Positions 24,987 to 31,677 of a stretch of DNA of 40,162 nt are shown piece by piece. How positions within the stretch are numbered: position 1 is the stretch's first letter; each line of letters begins with the position of its first letter. The notes below the pieces were generated by a model that worked only from the letters and a program-made list of their open reading frames with translations, did not search any database and had not been told where the DNA came from. The position numbers and the translations under genes are program-made. Source of the stretch: a virus; the IMG/VR virus record IMGVR_UViG_3300020165_000003; one strand, 5' to 3'.

Positions 24987-25232
24987 ATGGCAGACAAGGT
25001 ATTTGTAGGTAAGACAACAGTAGTCGATACGAAGTATGGACAGATTGTTAAAGTGGCATTAGGCCCACAAGATTTCGAAGTTCTAACCAACTCGAAGAAC
25101 GAGAAGGGTTGGGTTAATCTTGAGATTAAAGACAAGCGTGATGGCGGTAAGTACATCCAACTCCAAGGAGAGTATAACGCCAAAGCAAAACCAGTAGCGG
25201 TAAACGATACTGATGATGGTTTACCATTCTAA
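24987..25232 (+). CDS. Miniature ssDNA-binding-like protein with SSB-type acidic C-terminal tip, 81 aa
   Basis: C-terminus NDTDDGLPF mimics the bacterial SSB tip D-D-D-I-P-F. Beta-rich body. Adjacent to the recombination genes. Confidence 0.5.
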   Translation: MADKVFVGKTTVVDTKYGQIVKVALGPQDFEVLTNSKNEKGWVNLEIKDKRDGGKYIQLQGEYNAKAKPVAVNDTDDGLPF

Positions 25233-25263
25233 TTTTTTCCATGTTTTATTTGTTGTAACAGTA

Positions 25264-25280
25264 GGGGGGCAATGCCCCCC
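25264..25280 (+). terminator. Terminator-like GC hairpin
   Basis: GGGGGGC-AAT-GCCCCCC, then TTCTTT. Confidence 0.55.
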
Positions 25281-25292
25281 TTCTTTAACTAT

Positions 25293-25316
25293 AACCTTTA
25301 ACACCAAAGAGAGATG
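25293..25316 (+). repeat. Junction element J0: AACCTTTAACACCAAAGAGAGATG (non-coding copy)
   Basis: 24 nt ending in the ATG of 25314..25532. Confidence 0.85.
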
Positions 25317-25532
25317 AAAACACCAATGCAAGAGTTGATTGAGACATTTGAAGAAATGCGCTCTCCTATTGATAGTAAAGTAGATGTAGACTTTGCTATA
25401 TCACTTGTTAAATCAATGCTTGAGAAAGAGAAAGAGGTGATGGAGTCTGCTTGGCAAGATGGTATGTATGAATGTGACGGAGACGGAACATTTGAAGATT
25501 TCTACAAAACCTTTAACACCAAAGAGAAATGA
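25314..25532 (+). CDS. Hypothetical protein, 72 aa (C-terminus ..TFNTKEK encoded by J1)
   Basis: ORF. C-terminus shared with 26080..26241. Confidence 0.5.
   Translation: MKTPMQELIETFEEMRSPIDSKVDVDFAISLVKSMLEKEKEVMESAWQDGMYECDGDGTFEDFYKTFNTKEK
25508..25531 (+). repeat. Junction element J1: AACCTTTAACACCAAAGAGAAATG
   Basis: Encodes TFNTKEK of the upstream gene and ends in the ATG of the 33-aa ORF. Confidence 0.85.
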
Positions 25533-25630
25533 GTTTATTTAAATTATGGTTAGCACTTGCACCATTATACTTTGTACTTATCGGTATCTATAGAGAAATT
25601 AGAGAAATTAATAACACTAAAATGAAATGA
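25529..25630 (+). CDS. Small membrane protein, 33 aa
   Basis: Hand-translated MSLFKLWLALAPLYFVLIGIYREIREINNTKMK. ATGA-type overlaps at both ends. Confidence 0.35.
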   Translation: MSLFKLWLALAPLYFVLIGIYREIREINNTKMK

Positions 25631-25866
25631 AAGAGAAATTAATTAAAGAGATTAAGGAGAGTTTAGAATTTGCTAAATCTCGTGGAGAGTTAAACCAAGA
25701 AGCATCTTGGACATTTGAACAAGGAGTACTTCTTGAATATGCGGAAGCAGAGTACATTCTTGAATTGCTTAAAACAAAAGAGTGTCCGTTCTTTCCAACA
25801 GTGAACACAACAAGCGCTACTATATGTGGTGTTTGTGGTAAAGAGAAATTTGAACATAACCTTTAA
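25627..25866 (+). CDS. Hypothetical protein, 79 aa
   Basis: ORF with CGVCGKEK motif. Stop supplied by J3 (AAC CTT TAA). Confidence 0.5.
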   Translation: MKEKLIKEIKESLEFAKSRGELNQEASWTFEQGVLLEYAEAEYILELLKTKECPFFPTVNTTSATICGVCGKEKFEHNL

Positions 25867-25881
25867 AAAAAAATAGAAATG
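25858..25881 (+). repeat. Junction element J3: AACCTTTAAAAAAAAATAGAAATG
   Basis: Same 24-nt architecture. Read as N-L-stop, a different frame from J1 and J5. Confidence 0.8.
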
Positions 25882-26067
25882 AAAACAGAAATTAAAACAA
25901 TCCAAGAAATCATTGACGGAGCAGATTGCCCACTACCTATTGAAACAATCCCTAACTATATGGGTGTAAATCTATGTAGTGTAGAGGCAATCAGTTGGAC
26001 AAGACAAGATGATAACCAACTTGTAAACCTTACCATTCATTTTACACCGAATAACGATAACCTTTAA
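25879..26067 (+). CDS. Hypothetical protein, 62 aa
   Basis: ORF. Stop supplied by J4. Confidence 0.5.
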   Translation: MKTEIKTIQEIIDGADCPLPIETIPNYMGVNLCSVEAISWTRQDDNQLVNLTIHFTPNNDNL

Positions 26068-26082
26068 AACAAAACAAAAATG
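26059..26082 (+). repeat. Junction element J4: AACCTTTAAAACAAAACAAAAATG
   Basis: Same 24-nt architecture, ending in ATG 26080. Confidence 0.8.
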
Positions 26083-26241
26083 AAAGCAATAGAACAATTA
26101 CTAAACGAGTTTAGAACTTGGCAGAAAGAGTGGGACACATCCAATAAAGGAATGAACGCAGAAGATTTCTGCGCCTCACTTGAAGAAAAGTATGAGGTAA
26201 CCTTTAACACCAAAGAGAAATGGGAAGAAAAACAAAATTGA
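26080..26241 (+). CDS. Hypothetical protein, 53 aa, partial paralog of 25314..25532
   Basis: Hand-translated MKAIEQLLNEFRTWQKEWDTSNKGMNAEDFCASLEEKYEVTFNTKEKWEEKQN. Confidence 0.4.
   Translation: MKAIEQLLNEFRTWQKEWDTSNKGMNAEDFCASLEEKYEVTFNTKEKWEEKQN
26199..26222 (+). repeat. Junction element J5: AACCTTTAACACCAAAGAGAAATG (identical to J1)
   Basis: Exact 24-nt copy of J1. Ends in ATG 26220. Confidence 0.85.
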
Positions 26242-26450
26242 TGATGGACAATAGGTCTGGATCTAATAACTCAGCAGTTACCAAGAAAGTAAAGCTTACT
26301 CCTTTTAGAATTACAGATGGTGTAATGAAGATTGGTAAACACAAGGGTAAGAAGTTGTCGGAAGTTCCAAGAAGTTATTTAGAGTGGATGGTCGAAAAGA
26401 TGGACATAGCTAACCACTATAAGAATGCTATAAAAGATATTCTAAAATGA
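26220..26450 (+). CDS. DUF3820 / QSregVF_b-like small protein, 76 aa (alternative start 26241)
   Basis: KIGKHKGKKLSEVPRSYLEWMVEK resembles the FGKYKGKxLxEVPxxYLxWL pattern. Confidence 0.45.
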   Translation: MGRKTKLMMDNRSGSNNSAVTKKVKLTPFRITDGVMKIGKHKGKKLSEVPRSYLEWMVEKMDIANHYKNAIKDILK

Positions 26451-26740
26451 CAGATGGCGATGAGGGACAAATGATTTACTATGTCGGTGTTAAGTTAGCC
26501 TACAAGGTAAAGAAGGGTAATGGTTACATTAACCACTACAGAACAATGGAGTTCCCCACTAGGATGAAAACCATTGATGATATGAATAAGCAGCCAGAGA
26601 TGATAATGAATTTGATGGCCGCTTTAAAATTGACAAGTAAAAAGATTTACGACTTTCACGTCTATGAAGAACTACATAGAAAAGAACTAAGTGAATCGTT
26701 TACACATAAGGAAAAAGATTATCTAAAAGAAAAAGAGTAA
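26447..26740 (+). CDS. Hypothetical protein, 97 aa
   Basis: ORF with ATGA overlaps at both ends. Immediately upstream of the helicase (loader role is pure speculation). Confidence 0.45.
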   Translation: MTDGDEGQMIYYVGVKLAYKVKKGNGYINHYRTMEFPTRMKTIDDMNKQPEMIMNLMAALKLTSKKIYDFHVYEELHRKELSESFTHKEKDYLKEKE

Positions 26741-27675
26741 TGGCATTAAGCAAGTTTGTATACACAGCGAAAGAGGTTAAGGGCAGTTTGACCTCGCTGA
26801 GAAAAGAAGGAGTAAAGAAAGGAACGTGGACAGGATTTGATTCATTGTTCGACAAATACTCTATGAAAAAAGGAAGCACCACATATATCTATGCGGGTGC
26901 TCATCAAGGTAAATCACAATTCGGTTTCGAGTTGATGATGAATACGGCTCAGTATTCGGGATGGAAGTGGGCAGTCTATAGCCCAGAGACAGGATCGCCA
27001 ACGGAGGTGTTCGCTGAACTCTTATGGGTGTATCTTCGTAAGCCCTTCCTTATCAATGACCATATGACTGCTACCGATGAGGAGACAGAGAAGGCATTGG
27101 AGTTTATTAATGAACACTTCTTTATTATAGATAGTGGTCTGCAAGACCTAACTATAGAAGGATTCTACACTTGTGTCCAAGAGATTGAGGAGTCTCAGTT
27201 CACAGAGATAGATGGTTGTTTTGTCGATCCGTTTACGGAGATAAAGACCGATGTAACTTCTGGAGTAAGAGATGACATCGCTATTGGTCAGATACTCACG
27301 AAGGTTAGAAAGCACTCTTCAGAGAGGGACTATCATTCGATTGTAACAGTACACACTAAACACCAACAGGCTAAGTACAAGAACGGAGTACCATATATGG
27401 ACAAGCCCACTATGAATGACATAGCCGGGGGGATGCAGTGGAGCCGTAAAGGTATGATGGTTATAAACGTATGGAGGTGTCCCTTCGGATTGGAAGATGG
27501 GAACGGAGTTCCGTATGAGCCTAATCAAGTTGAGATTACAGTTGTGAAAGCCAAGCCTAAGATTGTAGGTAAGCTTGGATCAGTAACACTATTCTATGAT
27601 AAATTAATGAACAGATACTATGAACTCGACAAACAAGGAAACAAAGTCTTCGCAAGTCCACAGCCTAATTCTTGA
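26740..27675 (+). CDS. DnaB/T7 gp4-like replicative helicase (RecA-fold domain only), 311 aa
   Basis: Walker A GAHQGKSQF, Walker B-like GCFVDPF, YSPETG. Confidence 0.7.
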   Translation: MALSKFVYTAKEVKGSLTSLRKEGVKKGTWTGFDSLFDKYSMKKGSTTYIYAGAHQGKSQFGFELMMNTAQYSGWKWAVYSPETGSPTEVFAELLWVYLRKPFLINDHMTATDEETEKALEFINEHFFIIDSGLQDLTIEGFYTCVQEIEESQFTEIDGCFVDPFTEIKTDVTSGVRDDIAIGQILTKVRKHSSERDYHSIVTVHTKHQQAKYKNGVPYMDKPTMNDIAGGMQWSRKGMMVINVWRCPFGLEDGNGVPYEPNQVEITVVKAKPKIVGKLGSVTLFYDKLMNRYYELDKQGNKVFASPQPNS

Positions 27676-27712
27676 TCGTAAGATTGCCTTTGCTAATTTA
27701 GTGAGGGCGTAT

Positions 27713-27931
27713 ATGAGGTTTAATGTAGACGATGCTCTTAACATAGTTGTTGAAAAAGATGGCAACATATCTATCAACGGAAACCTTTATAAGTTTGATG
27801 TATCTGACTACACAGGATGTACGGAAAGATATATATTTTTTAATCCATCTTCTGGCAGATTAGTTCTACAAGGAAATAATGTTAAAAAGATTTACAAAGT
27901 AGAAGTTGATTTGCTAGATGAAATAGACTAA
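27713..27931 (+). CDS. Hypothetical protein, 72 aa (start moved to first ATG after the helicase stop)
   Basis: The ORF-track start at 27620 would overlap the helicase by 56 nt. Confidence 0.4.
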   Translation: MRFNVDDALNIVVEKDGNISINGNLYKFDVSDYTGCTERYIFFNPSSGRLVLQGNNVKKIYKVEVDLLDEID

Positions 27932-27940
27932 CTTAGTGAT

Positions 27941-28204
27941 ATGGAAACAAGAGATTTAATTATTGAAGTTTCTACGGAAGTTACAAACTTGCTTTTAGAG
28001 AAGAATGATGCCTACGGGGACTCAGCCCTTTACCCCGTGGGTATCTTCTCAAAGGGAGAAGCCGTAGATAGTTTATGTGCAAGGATTGATGATAAGCTTA
28101 TGCGGATTAAGTCTCGTGGCATTACAGATGCAACAGAGGATACTGTGCAAGATTTGATAGGATATTTGATCCTGTTAAAAATTGCAATAAGGAACAAGGG
28201 ATGA
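27941..28204 (+). CDS. DUF1599-like protein (nucleotide-modification-associated domain family, from memory), 87 aa
   Basis: LLEKNDAYGDS.., SLCARIDDKLMRIKS pattern. Confidence 0.35.
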   Translation: METRDLIIEVSTEVTNLLLEKNDAYGDSALYPVGIFSKGEAVDSLCARIDDKLMRIKSRGITDATEDTVQDLIGYLILLKIAIRNKG

Positions 28205-28656
28205 GTAAGTTTGAAGCCAGAAAGTTCAATCAAGAATCCTACGACACAAACGATGCTTACGGGAAAGCTATCGTTACTGCCTGGCTAAAAGACCAGGATT
28301 GGGTATCAAAGATAATAGATGAAGAAGACTATGGCATCGACCTAGAAGCCTTAGACCATGAAGGTAAGTCTCACTTCTTCGAAGCAGAAGTTAAAGGTAA
28401 CTATCCTTGGACAGACAAAGAATCCTTTCCTTTCGACACGGTATCTTTCTTAGGTAGAAAGAAAAAGTGGGAAGGCAAGGGTTTTTATTATGTGCTTGTT
28501 TGTGCAGAGACACAGGCATTGTGTATTGCACATTCCTCAGATATATTTAAAGAAGACTTTAGAGAAGTTCGTAGAATAAGAACGTCTCACAGAAACGGAT
28601 TAGATGCGTTCTATCGTGTGCCTAAAGATTTATGTAGATGGATTACACAGAAATAG
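28201..28656 (+). CDS. PD-(D/E)XK-fold nuclease candidate, 151 aa
   Basis: YGIDLEAL ... HFFEAEVKG fits D-(x)n-E-x-K. Confidence 0.45.
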   Translation: MSKFEARKFNQESYDTNDAYGKAIVTAWLKDQDWVSKIIDEEDYGIDLEALDHEGKSHFFEAEVKGNYPWTDKESFPFDTVSFLGRKKKWEGKGFYYVLVCAETQALCIAHSSDIFKEDFREVRRIRTSHRNGLDAFYRVPKDLCRWITQK

Positions 28657-29009
28657 AACTAATGTTGCCAAAGCCTCCTAGCTTAAATATGATTTATGCT
28701 GGAAAGCACTGGACCTACAGAAAGAAAAAGAAAGATGAGTATAAAATCATTTGCCAAGAAGCTTTATCAAAATATGACAAGTTTACTTTTGATGCCTTTA
28801 AAATGGCTATTGAGTATAACAGTAGGCTTGACATTGACAATGGTATTCTTGTATCAAAATTTTTGGCGGATACCCTTGTTTCTGAAGGTATTGTTCCGGA
28901 TGATAACAAAAAATACTACACAGAAGTCAAAATAACTTATAACGCTGAACTACCAAAGGACACTTACAAAGTGACGCTTATATGTAAAAATCTAAAATAT
29001 GCTGAGTAA
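28638..29009 (+). CDS. rusA: RusA-like Holliday junction resolvase, 123 aa
   Basis: LPKPPSLNMIY and DIDNGILVSKFLADTLVSEGIVPDDNKKY parallel E. coli RusA LPWPPSNNRYY and [22 protein letters not shown]. Confidence 0.65.
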   Translation: MDYTEIELMLPKPPSLNMIYAGKHWTYRKKKKDEYKIICQEALSKYDKFTFDAFKMAIEYNSRLDIDNGILVSKFLADTLVSEGIVPDDNKKYYTEVKITYNAELPKDTYKVTLICKNLKYAE

Positions 29010-29023
29010 TCGTAACTACTATA

Positions 29024-29035
29024 ATTGTAAATTAA
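29024..29035 (+). promoter_or_regulatory. Late-motif copy ATTGTAAATTAA (exact) on the plus strand
   Basis: 15 nt after the rusA stop and 32 nt upstream of ATG 29068. Heads the block containing the gp55-like gene. Confidence 0.45.
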
Positions 29036-29067
29036 TTAAGAATCGCATAGACTTGTACCTTTATGAA

Positions 29068-29211
29068 ATGGCACAGCTATTTGCGAACCTTGGAACGGAC
29101 TCTACACTTGAAGATATTCAAGCTGCTTATAAGAAGGAAAATGAGATGATAGATAAGATAGCCGAACTAGATCCCGCCAAGGCTTTATCTATTAGACCTT
29201 ATGCAAATTGA
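29068..29211 (+). CDS. Hypothetical protein, 47 aa (or 70 aa from ATG 28999)
   Basis: In-frame Met MAQLFANLG.. downstream of the motif. The longer form overlaps rusA and contains the motif. Confidence 0.35.
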   Translation: MAQLFANLGTDSTLEDIQAAYKKENEMIDKIAELDPAKALSIRPYAN

Positions 29212-29413
29212 TGAAACATATTCGGAAATAACATCCCAAGAAGCAGACTTCTTGATATCAATGTATGAAAAAATCAGAGAACTTATTGTCAGCGGAAACA
29301 AAGTTACCTTGGTACGGTTGGGTTATGAACTCGACATTAGCACCGCAGAACTTTCAGACTACCTCTTTGACATTGTACGAATAGTAGATCGTATTGAAGA
29401 AGAAATACGATAA
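29201..29413 (+). CDS. Hypothetical protein, 70 aa
   Basis: ORF. Confidence 0.45.
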   Translation: MQIDETYSEITSQEADFLISMYEKIRELIVSGNKVTLVRLGYELDISTAELSDYLFDIVRIVDRIEEEIR

Positions 29414-29801
29414 ACAATTAATAGAGAAGGAATCAATAATCTCTGCACAGCAAGGTAAAATTACCGATGCTCTGGGGCGTTTTATATTAGCGAGAGCCAA
29501 GGAGATATCCTACTATTCATTTATAACTAACGGTAACGAAGAGCTTCGACAATCTCTTGTAGACGAAGCCGTTATGAGAGTGTGCGAAAAGTTTCTTTAT
29601 TACTATAGACCAGGGAAGTCCGCTGCTAATTTAATAATATCTATAATTTATTCTACAATGAATAATAAGATAGTCTCTCTAAAGTGGAGAGATGTGTATG
29701 GGCAGAAAATAAAAGGACGGATATATACAATAGAAGACGGAGAGGTTAAATTAAAACTTGTTCGTTATATTCGTGATGATTATACAAGTAAAAAATTATG
29801 A
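29394..29801 (+). CDS. T4 gp55-like late sigma factor candidate, 135 aa (TTG start)
   Basis: TDALGRFILARAKEIS..F..GNEELRQSLVDEAVMRVCEKF...SAANLIISIIYSTMNNKI follows the gp55 pattern NDTIGLAIMLIAEGLS..F.GY..WKQEMIADGIEASIKGL...NPHAYITQACFNAFVQRI (recalled). Confidence 0.4.
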   Translation: MKKKYDKQLIEKESIISAQQGKITDALGRFILARAKEISYYSFITNGNEELRQSLVDEAVMRVCEKFLYYYRPGKSAANLIISIIYSTMNNKIVSLKWRDVYGQKIKGRIYTIEDGEVKLKLVRYIRDDYTSKKL

Positions 29802-30046
29802 TTGATATTTATGAGGGATGGTTTATAGCCATTGGAATGGGGTTTTTATTTGCGTATCTATTTGTGTTTGAGCCTTGGGGCTGGATTATAGAGAACATAC
29901 TGCCTTACAAACCGTTTAACTGTGTATTATGTTTGTCGTTCTGGAGCTGCTTAATTATATTTGCAGCAATGGATTTACATCCTATGCACGCAATTTATTC
30001 AAGCTTAATTGCGGAACTCACTTATAGAAAGCTAGTTAATGAGTAA
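29798..30046 (+). CDS. Membrane protein, 82 aa (2-3 TM segments)
   Basis: Hydrophobic stretches FIAIGMGFLFAYLFVF and CVLCLSFWSCLIIFAAM. Confidence 0.5.
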   Translation: MIDIYEGWFIAIGMGFLFAYLFVFEPWGWIIENILPYKPFNCVLCLSFWSCLIIFAAMDLHPMHAIYSSLIAELTYRKLVNE

Positions 30047-30056
30047 TGTAAATTAT
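30045..30056 (+). promoter_or_regulatory. Late-motif variant AATGTAAATTAT (2 mismatches) on the plus strand, upstream of the holin block
   Basis: Overlaps the TAA stop of 29798..30046. Confidence 0.3.
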
Positions 30057-30120
30057 AAAAGCGACCAAGTATTTTTGTACTGGGACGAACCTATTTTTAC
30101 TAACTCTAATTCTAAAAAGA

Positions 30121-30246
30121 ATGATTCCAACACCGATGAAGAACGAGACAAGAAAACAATTTATCCAACGCTGTAAATTAGTAGGCATAGAAGATAAACA
30201 GTTATGTGCTCAGACCTTTATTAAGGAAGCTAAAAAAACCAAGTAA
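30121..30246 (+). CDS. Hypothetical small protein, 41 aa
   Basis: Hand-translated MIPTPMKNETRKQFIQRCKLVGIEDKQLCAQTFIKEAKKTK. Confidence 0.25.
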   Translation: MIPTPMKNETRKQFIQRCKLVGIEDKQLCAQTFIKEAKKTK

Positions 30247-30247
30247 C

Positions 30248-30373
30248 ATGAACGACATTGACACACAGAATGACTTCCAAGACTTTATTGACGAACTTGA
30301 GGGTTCAGAGAAGAATGATAAAGCTCAATGCTCCATTGATAATCCAGAAGATTGCGAAGCTTGCGGTAGTTAA
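30248..30373 (+). CDS. Acidic small protein, 41 aa
   Basis: Hand-translated MNDIDTQNDFQDFIDELEGSEKNDKAQCSIDNPEDCEACGS. Confidence 0.25.
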   Translation: MNDIDTQNDFQDFIDELEGSEKNDKAQCSIDNPEDCEACGS

Positions 30374-30375
30374 CG

Positions 30376-30741
30376 ATGGGAAATCCGATAAAAAAATTAT
30401 TTAGCGGGGGTGCAGCAGAAACCATAAATGCTGTAACAAACGCTGTAGACAAATTTGTAACGACTCCAGAAGAGAAGGAGGAGATAAGACAGTCTGTAGA
30501 AGCTGAGATCAGCAAGAGATGGAAGTCTGATATGTCCTCTGATTCCTGGTTGTCCAAGAACATAAGACCACTCACTCTAGCCACAGTAATTATTTTTTTA
30601 GTATTAATGACCTTCTTTGAAGGATTTGGTATTAGTAGTGTAAGTGAAAGATGGATTGGTCTATGGGAAATGGTAAGCGTAACAGTGATAGGCGGGTACT
30701 TCGCAGTAAGAAGCGTGGACAAGAGAGGCCGTCTAAAGTAA
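30376..30741 (+). CDS. Holin candidate (GTA_holin_3TM-like), 121 aa
   Basis: Gly/Ala-rich amphipathic N-terminus LFSGGAAETINAVTNAVDKFVTTPEEKEE, then TM segments. Last plus-strand gene, facing the endolysin cluster. Confidence 0.45.
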   Translation: MGNPIKKLFSGGAAETINAVTNAVDKFVTTPEEKEEIRQSVEAEISKRWKSDMSSDSWLSKNIRPLTLATVIIFLVLMTFFEGFGISSVSERWIGLWEMVSVTVIGGYFAVRSVDKRGRLK

Positions 30742-30791
30742 AGTGGTGCGAATCTGCACCAGTAGAATGTACCTGTATGGGTACTTGTAAT

Positions 30792-30822
30792 AAAAGGGGG
30801 TAGGCTTTAGTCTATCCCTTTT
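30792..30822. terminator. Bidirectional terminator at the convergence of the two arms
   Basis: AAAAGGGGGTAG / CTATCCCTTTT stem (two G-U pairs), 8-nt loop, A-run on the left and T-run on the right. Two smaller hairpins at 30744-61 and 30769-84. Confidence 0.6.
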
Positions 30823-31063
30823 CTTTTTTAGCTTCTTTGTACCCTCTTTCGTACTCGACATTTTTCTCTAGAACATAGATTCTTTGTTCTAAGTTGTCAA
30901 TTACTAAAATCTTTTTATCTAATCTTTCGTGCACGGTTTGAAGCTCCATCTTTAAAGAGGAGAACTCAGCGTATATTCCACCAGAAGCAAATACTGCTGC
31001 TAGAATCCACACAAGCATTGACCAATTTTCTTTTAGAAAAGATTTATTTTCCTCCGCCATCAT
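30812..31063 (-). CDS. N-terminal TM + coiled-coil protein (i-spanin- or antiholin-like), 83 aa
   Basis: WSMLVWILAAVFASGGIYA, then heptad-like ELQTVHERLDKKILVIDNLEQRIYVLEKN. Downstream of the endolysin. Confidence 0.45.
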   Translation of the reverse strand: MMAEENKSFLKENWSMLVWILAAVFASGGIYAEFSSLKMELQTVHERLDKKILVIDNLEQRIYVLEKNVEYERGYKEAKKEKG

Positions 31064-31211
31064 TATTTTTATTCATATAGTACCATCTCTGTAGCGTGTA
31101 ACCTATGGACACAATCAAAAGTAAAAGTTTCAAGGAGGTTTCTATTTGAGACATAGTTATGCTAAACGTAGCACTGTTCATTAATAATACTTTAAAGTCG
31201 GAGTTGTTCAT
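31044..31211 (-). CDS. Small membrane protein, 55 aa (lysis-cassette member candidate)
   Basis: Hand-translated MNNSDFKVLLMNSATFSITMSQIETSLKLLLLIVSIGYTLQRWYYMNKNNDGGGK. ATG lies 2 nt after the endolysin stop. Confidence 0.3.
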   Translation of the reverse strand: MNNSDFKVLLMNSATFSITMSQIETSLKLLLLIVSIGYTLQRWYYMNKNNDGGGK

Positions 31212-31212
31212 C

Positions 31213-31677
31213 TTAATATCTTTTGTACATGGTTCTGTTATCTTCAGATTTATAAGCTATAAGAACCTCACCTCTATTGTTCTCTTTTATATAACTTACA
31301 TGAACCCATGCAAACTCACCGTTTTCGTCTGGGAACTCTCCTATTAATTGGTCAAAGTATAAGTGGTCTTTTATGAAAAGAAATATGTCTTTATTAGTCA
31401 TACCTCCAAAAATATGGGCATCAACGTCTATCGCCTCTCCTTTTGTGTGCTGGCTTCTAGAACTCCCCTTGATGTATTTGTTTAAGGATTCTGATCTATA
31501 ACCCGAAGTAACCGCTATTGGATGTGCGAAGTGGTTTCTTAAAGGTTGAAAAATATTTAGAGCAGTAGACTTTAGATTTATTAAGTGCTCTACTGTAGGC
31601 TCGTTTTCTATCCCCAGCCTCTTTGCAGTGGCAGACTTCGTTAGTTCCGCAAGAGTTAGGTTCGCAGTTAGTCTCAT
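31213..31677 (-). CDS. Endolysin, peptidase M15 (D-Ala-D-Ala carboxypeptidase / L-Ala-D-Glu peptidase type)
   Basis: SGYRSESLNKYIKGSSRSQHTKGEAIDV .. WVHVSY: the H-x6-D...H zinc-site pattern of Peptidase_M15_3/4. Confidence 0.85.
   Translation of the reverse strand: MRLTANLTLAELTKSATAKRLGIENEPTVEHLINLKSTALNIFQPLRNHFAHPIAVTSGYRSESLNKYIKGSSRSQHTKGEAIDVDAHIFGGMTNKDIFLFIKDHLYFDQLIGEFPDENGEFAWVHVSYIKENNRGEVLIAYKSEDNRTMYKRY

Noticed and set aside
30039-30176. 45-codon ORF MSNVNYKSDQ.. overlapping the stop of 29798..30046
   Set aside because: It contains the late-motif variant and competes with the 30121 ORF. Neither is well supported, and I listed the one downstream of the motif.
15651-30722. Minus-strand ORFs inside the plus-strand arm (15651..16004, 17286..17540, 20167..20448, 21408..21647, 22795..23016, 23128..23331, 24525..24827, 24977..25183, 25617..25808, 25690..25905, 26700..26882, 27319..27528, 28030..28233, 28715..28909, 30285..30722)
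   Set aside because: Antisense shadows of better-supported plus-strand genes, with no independent signals.
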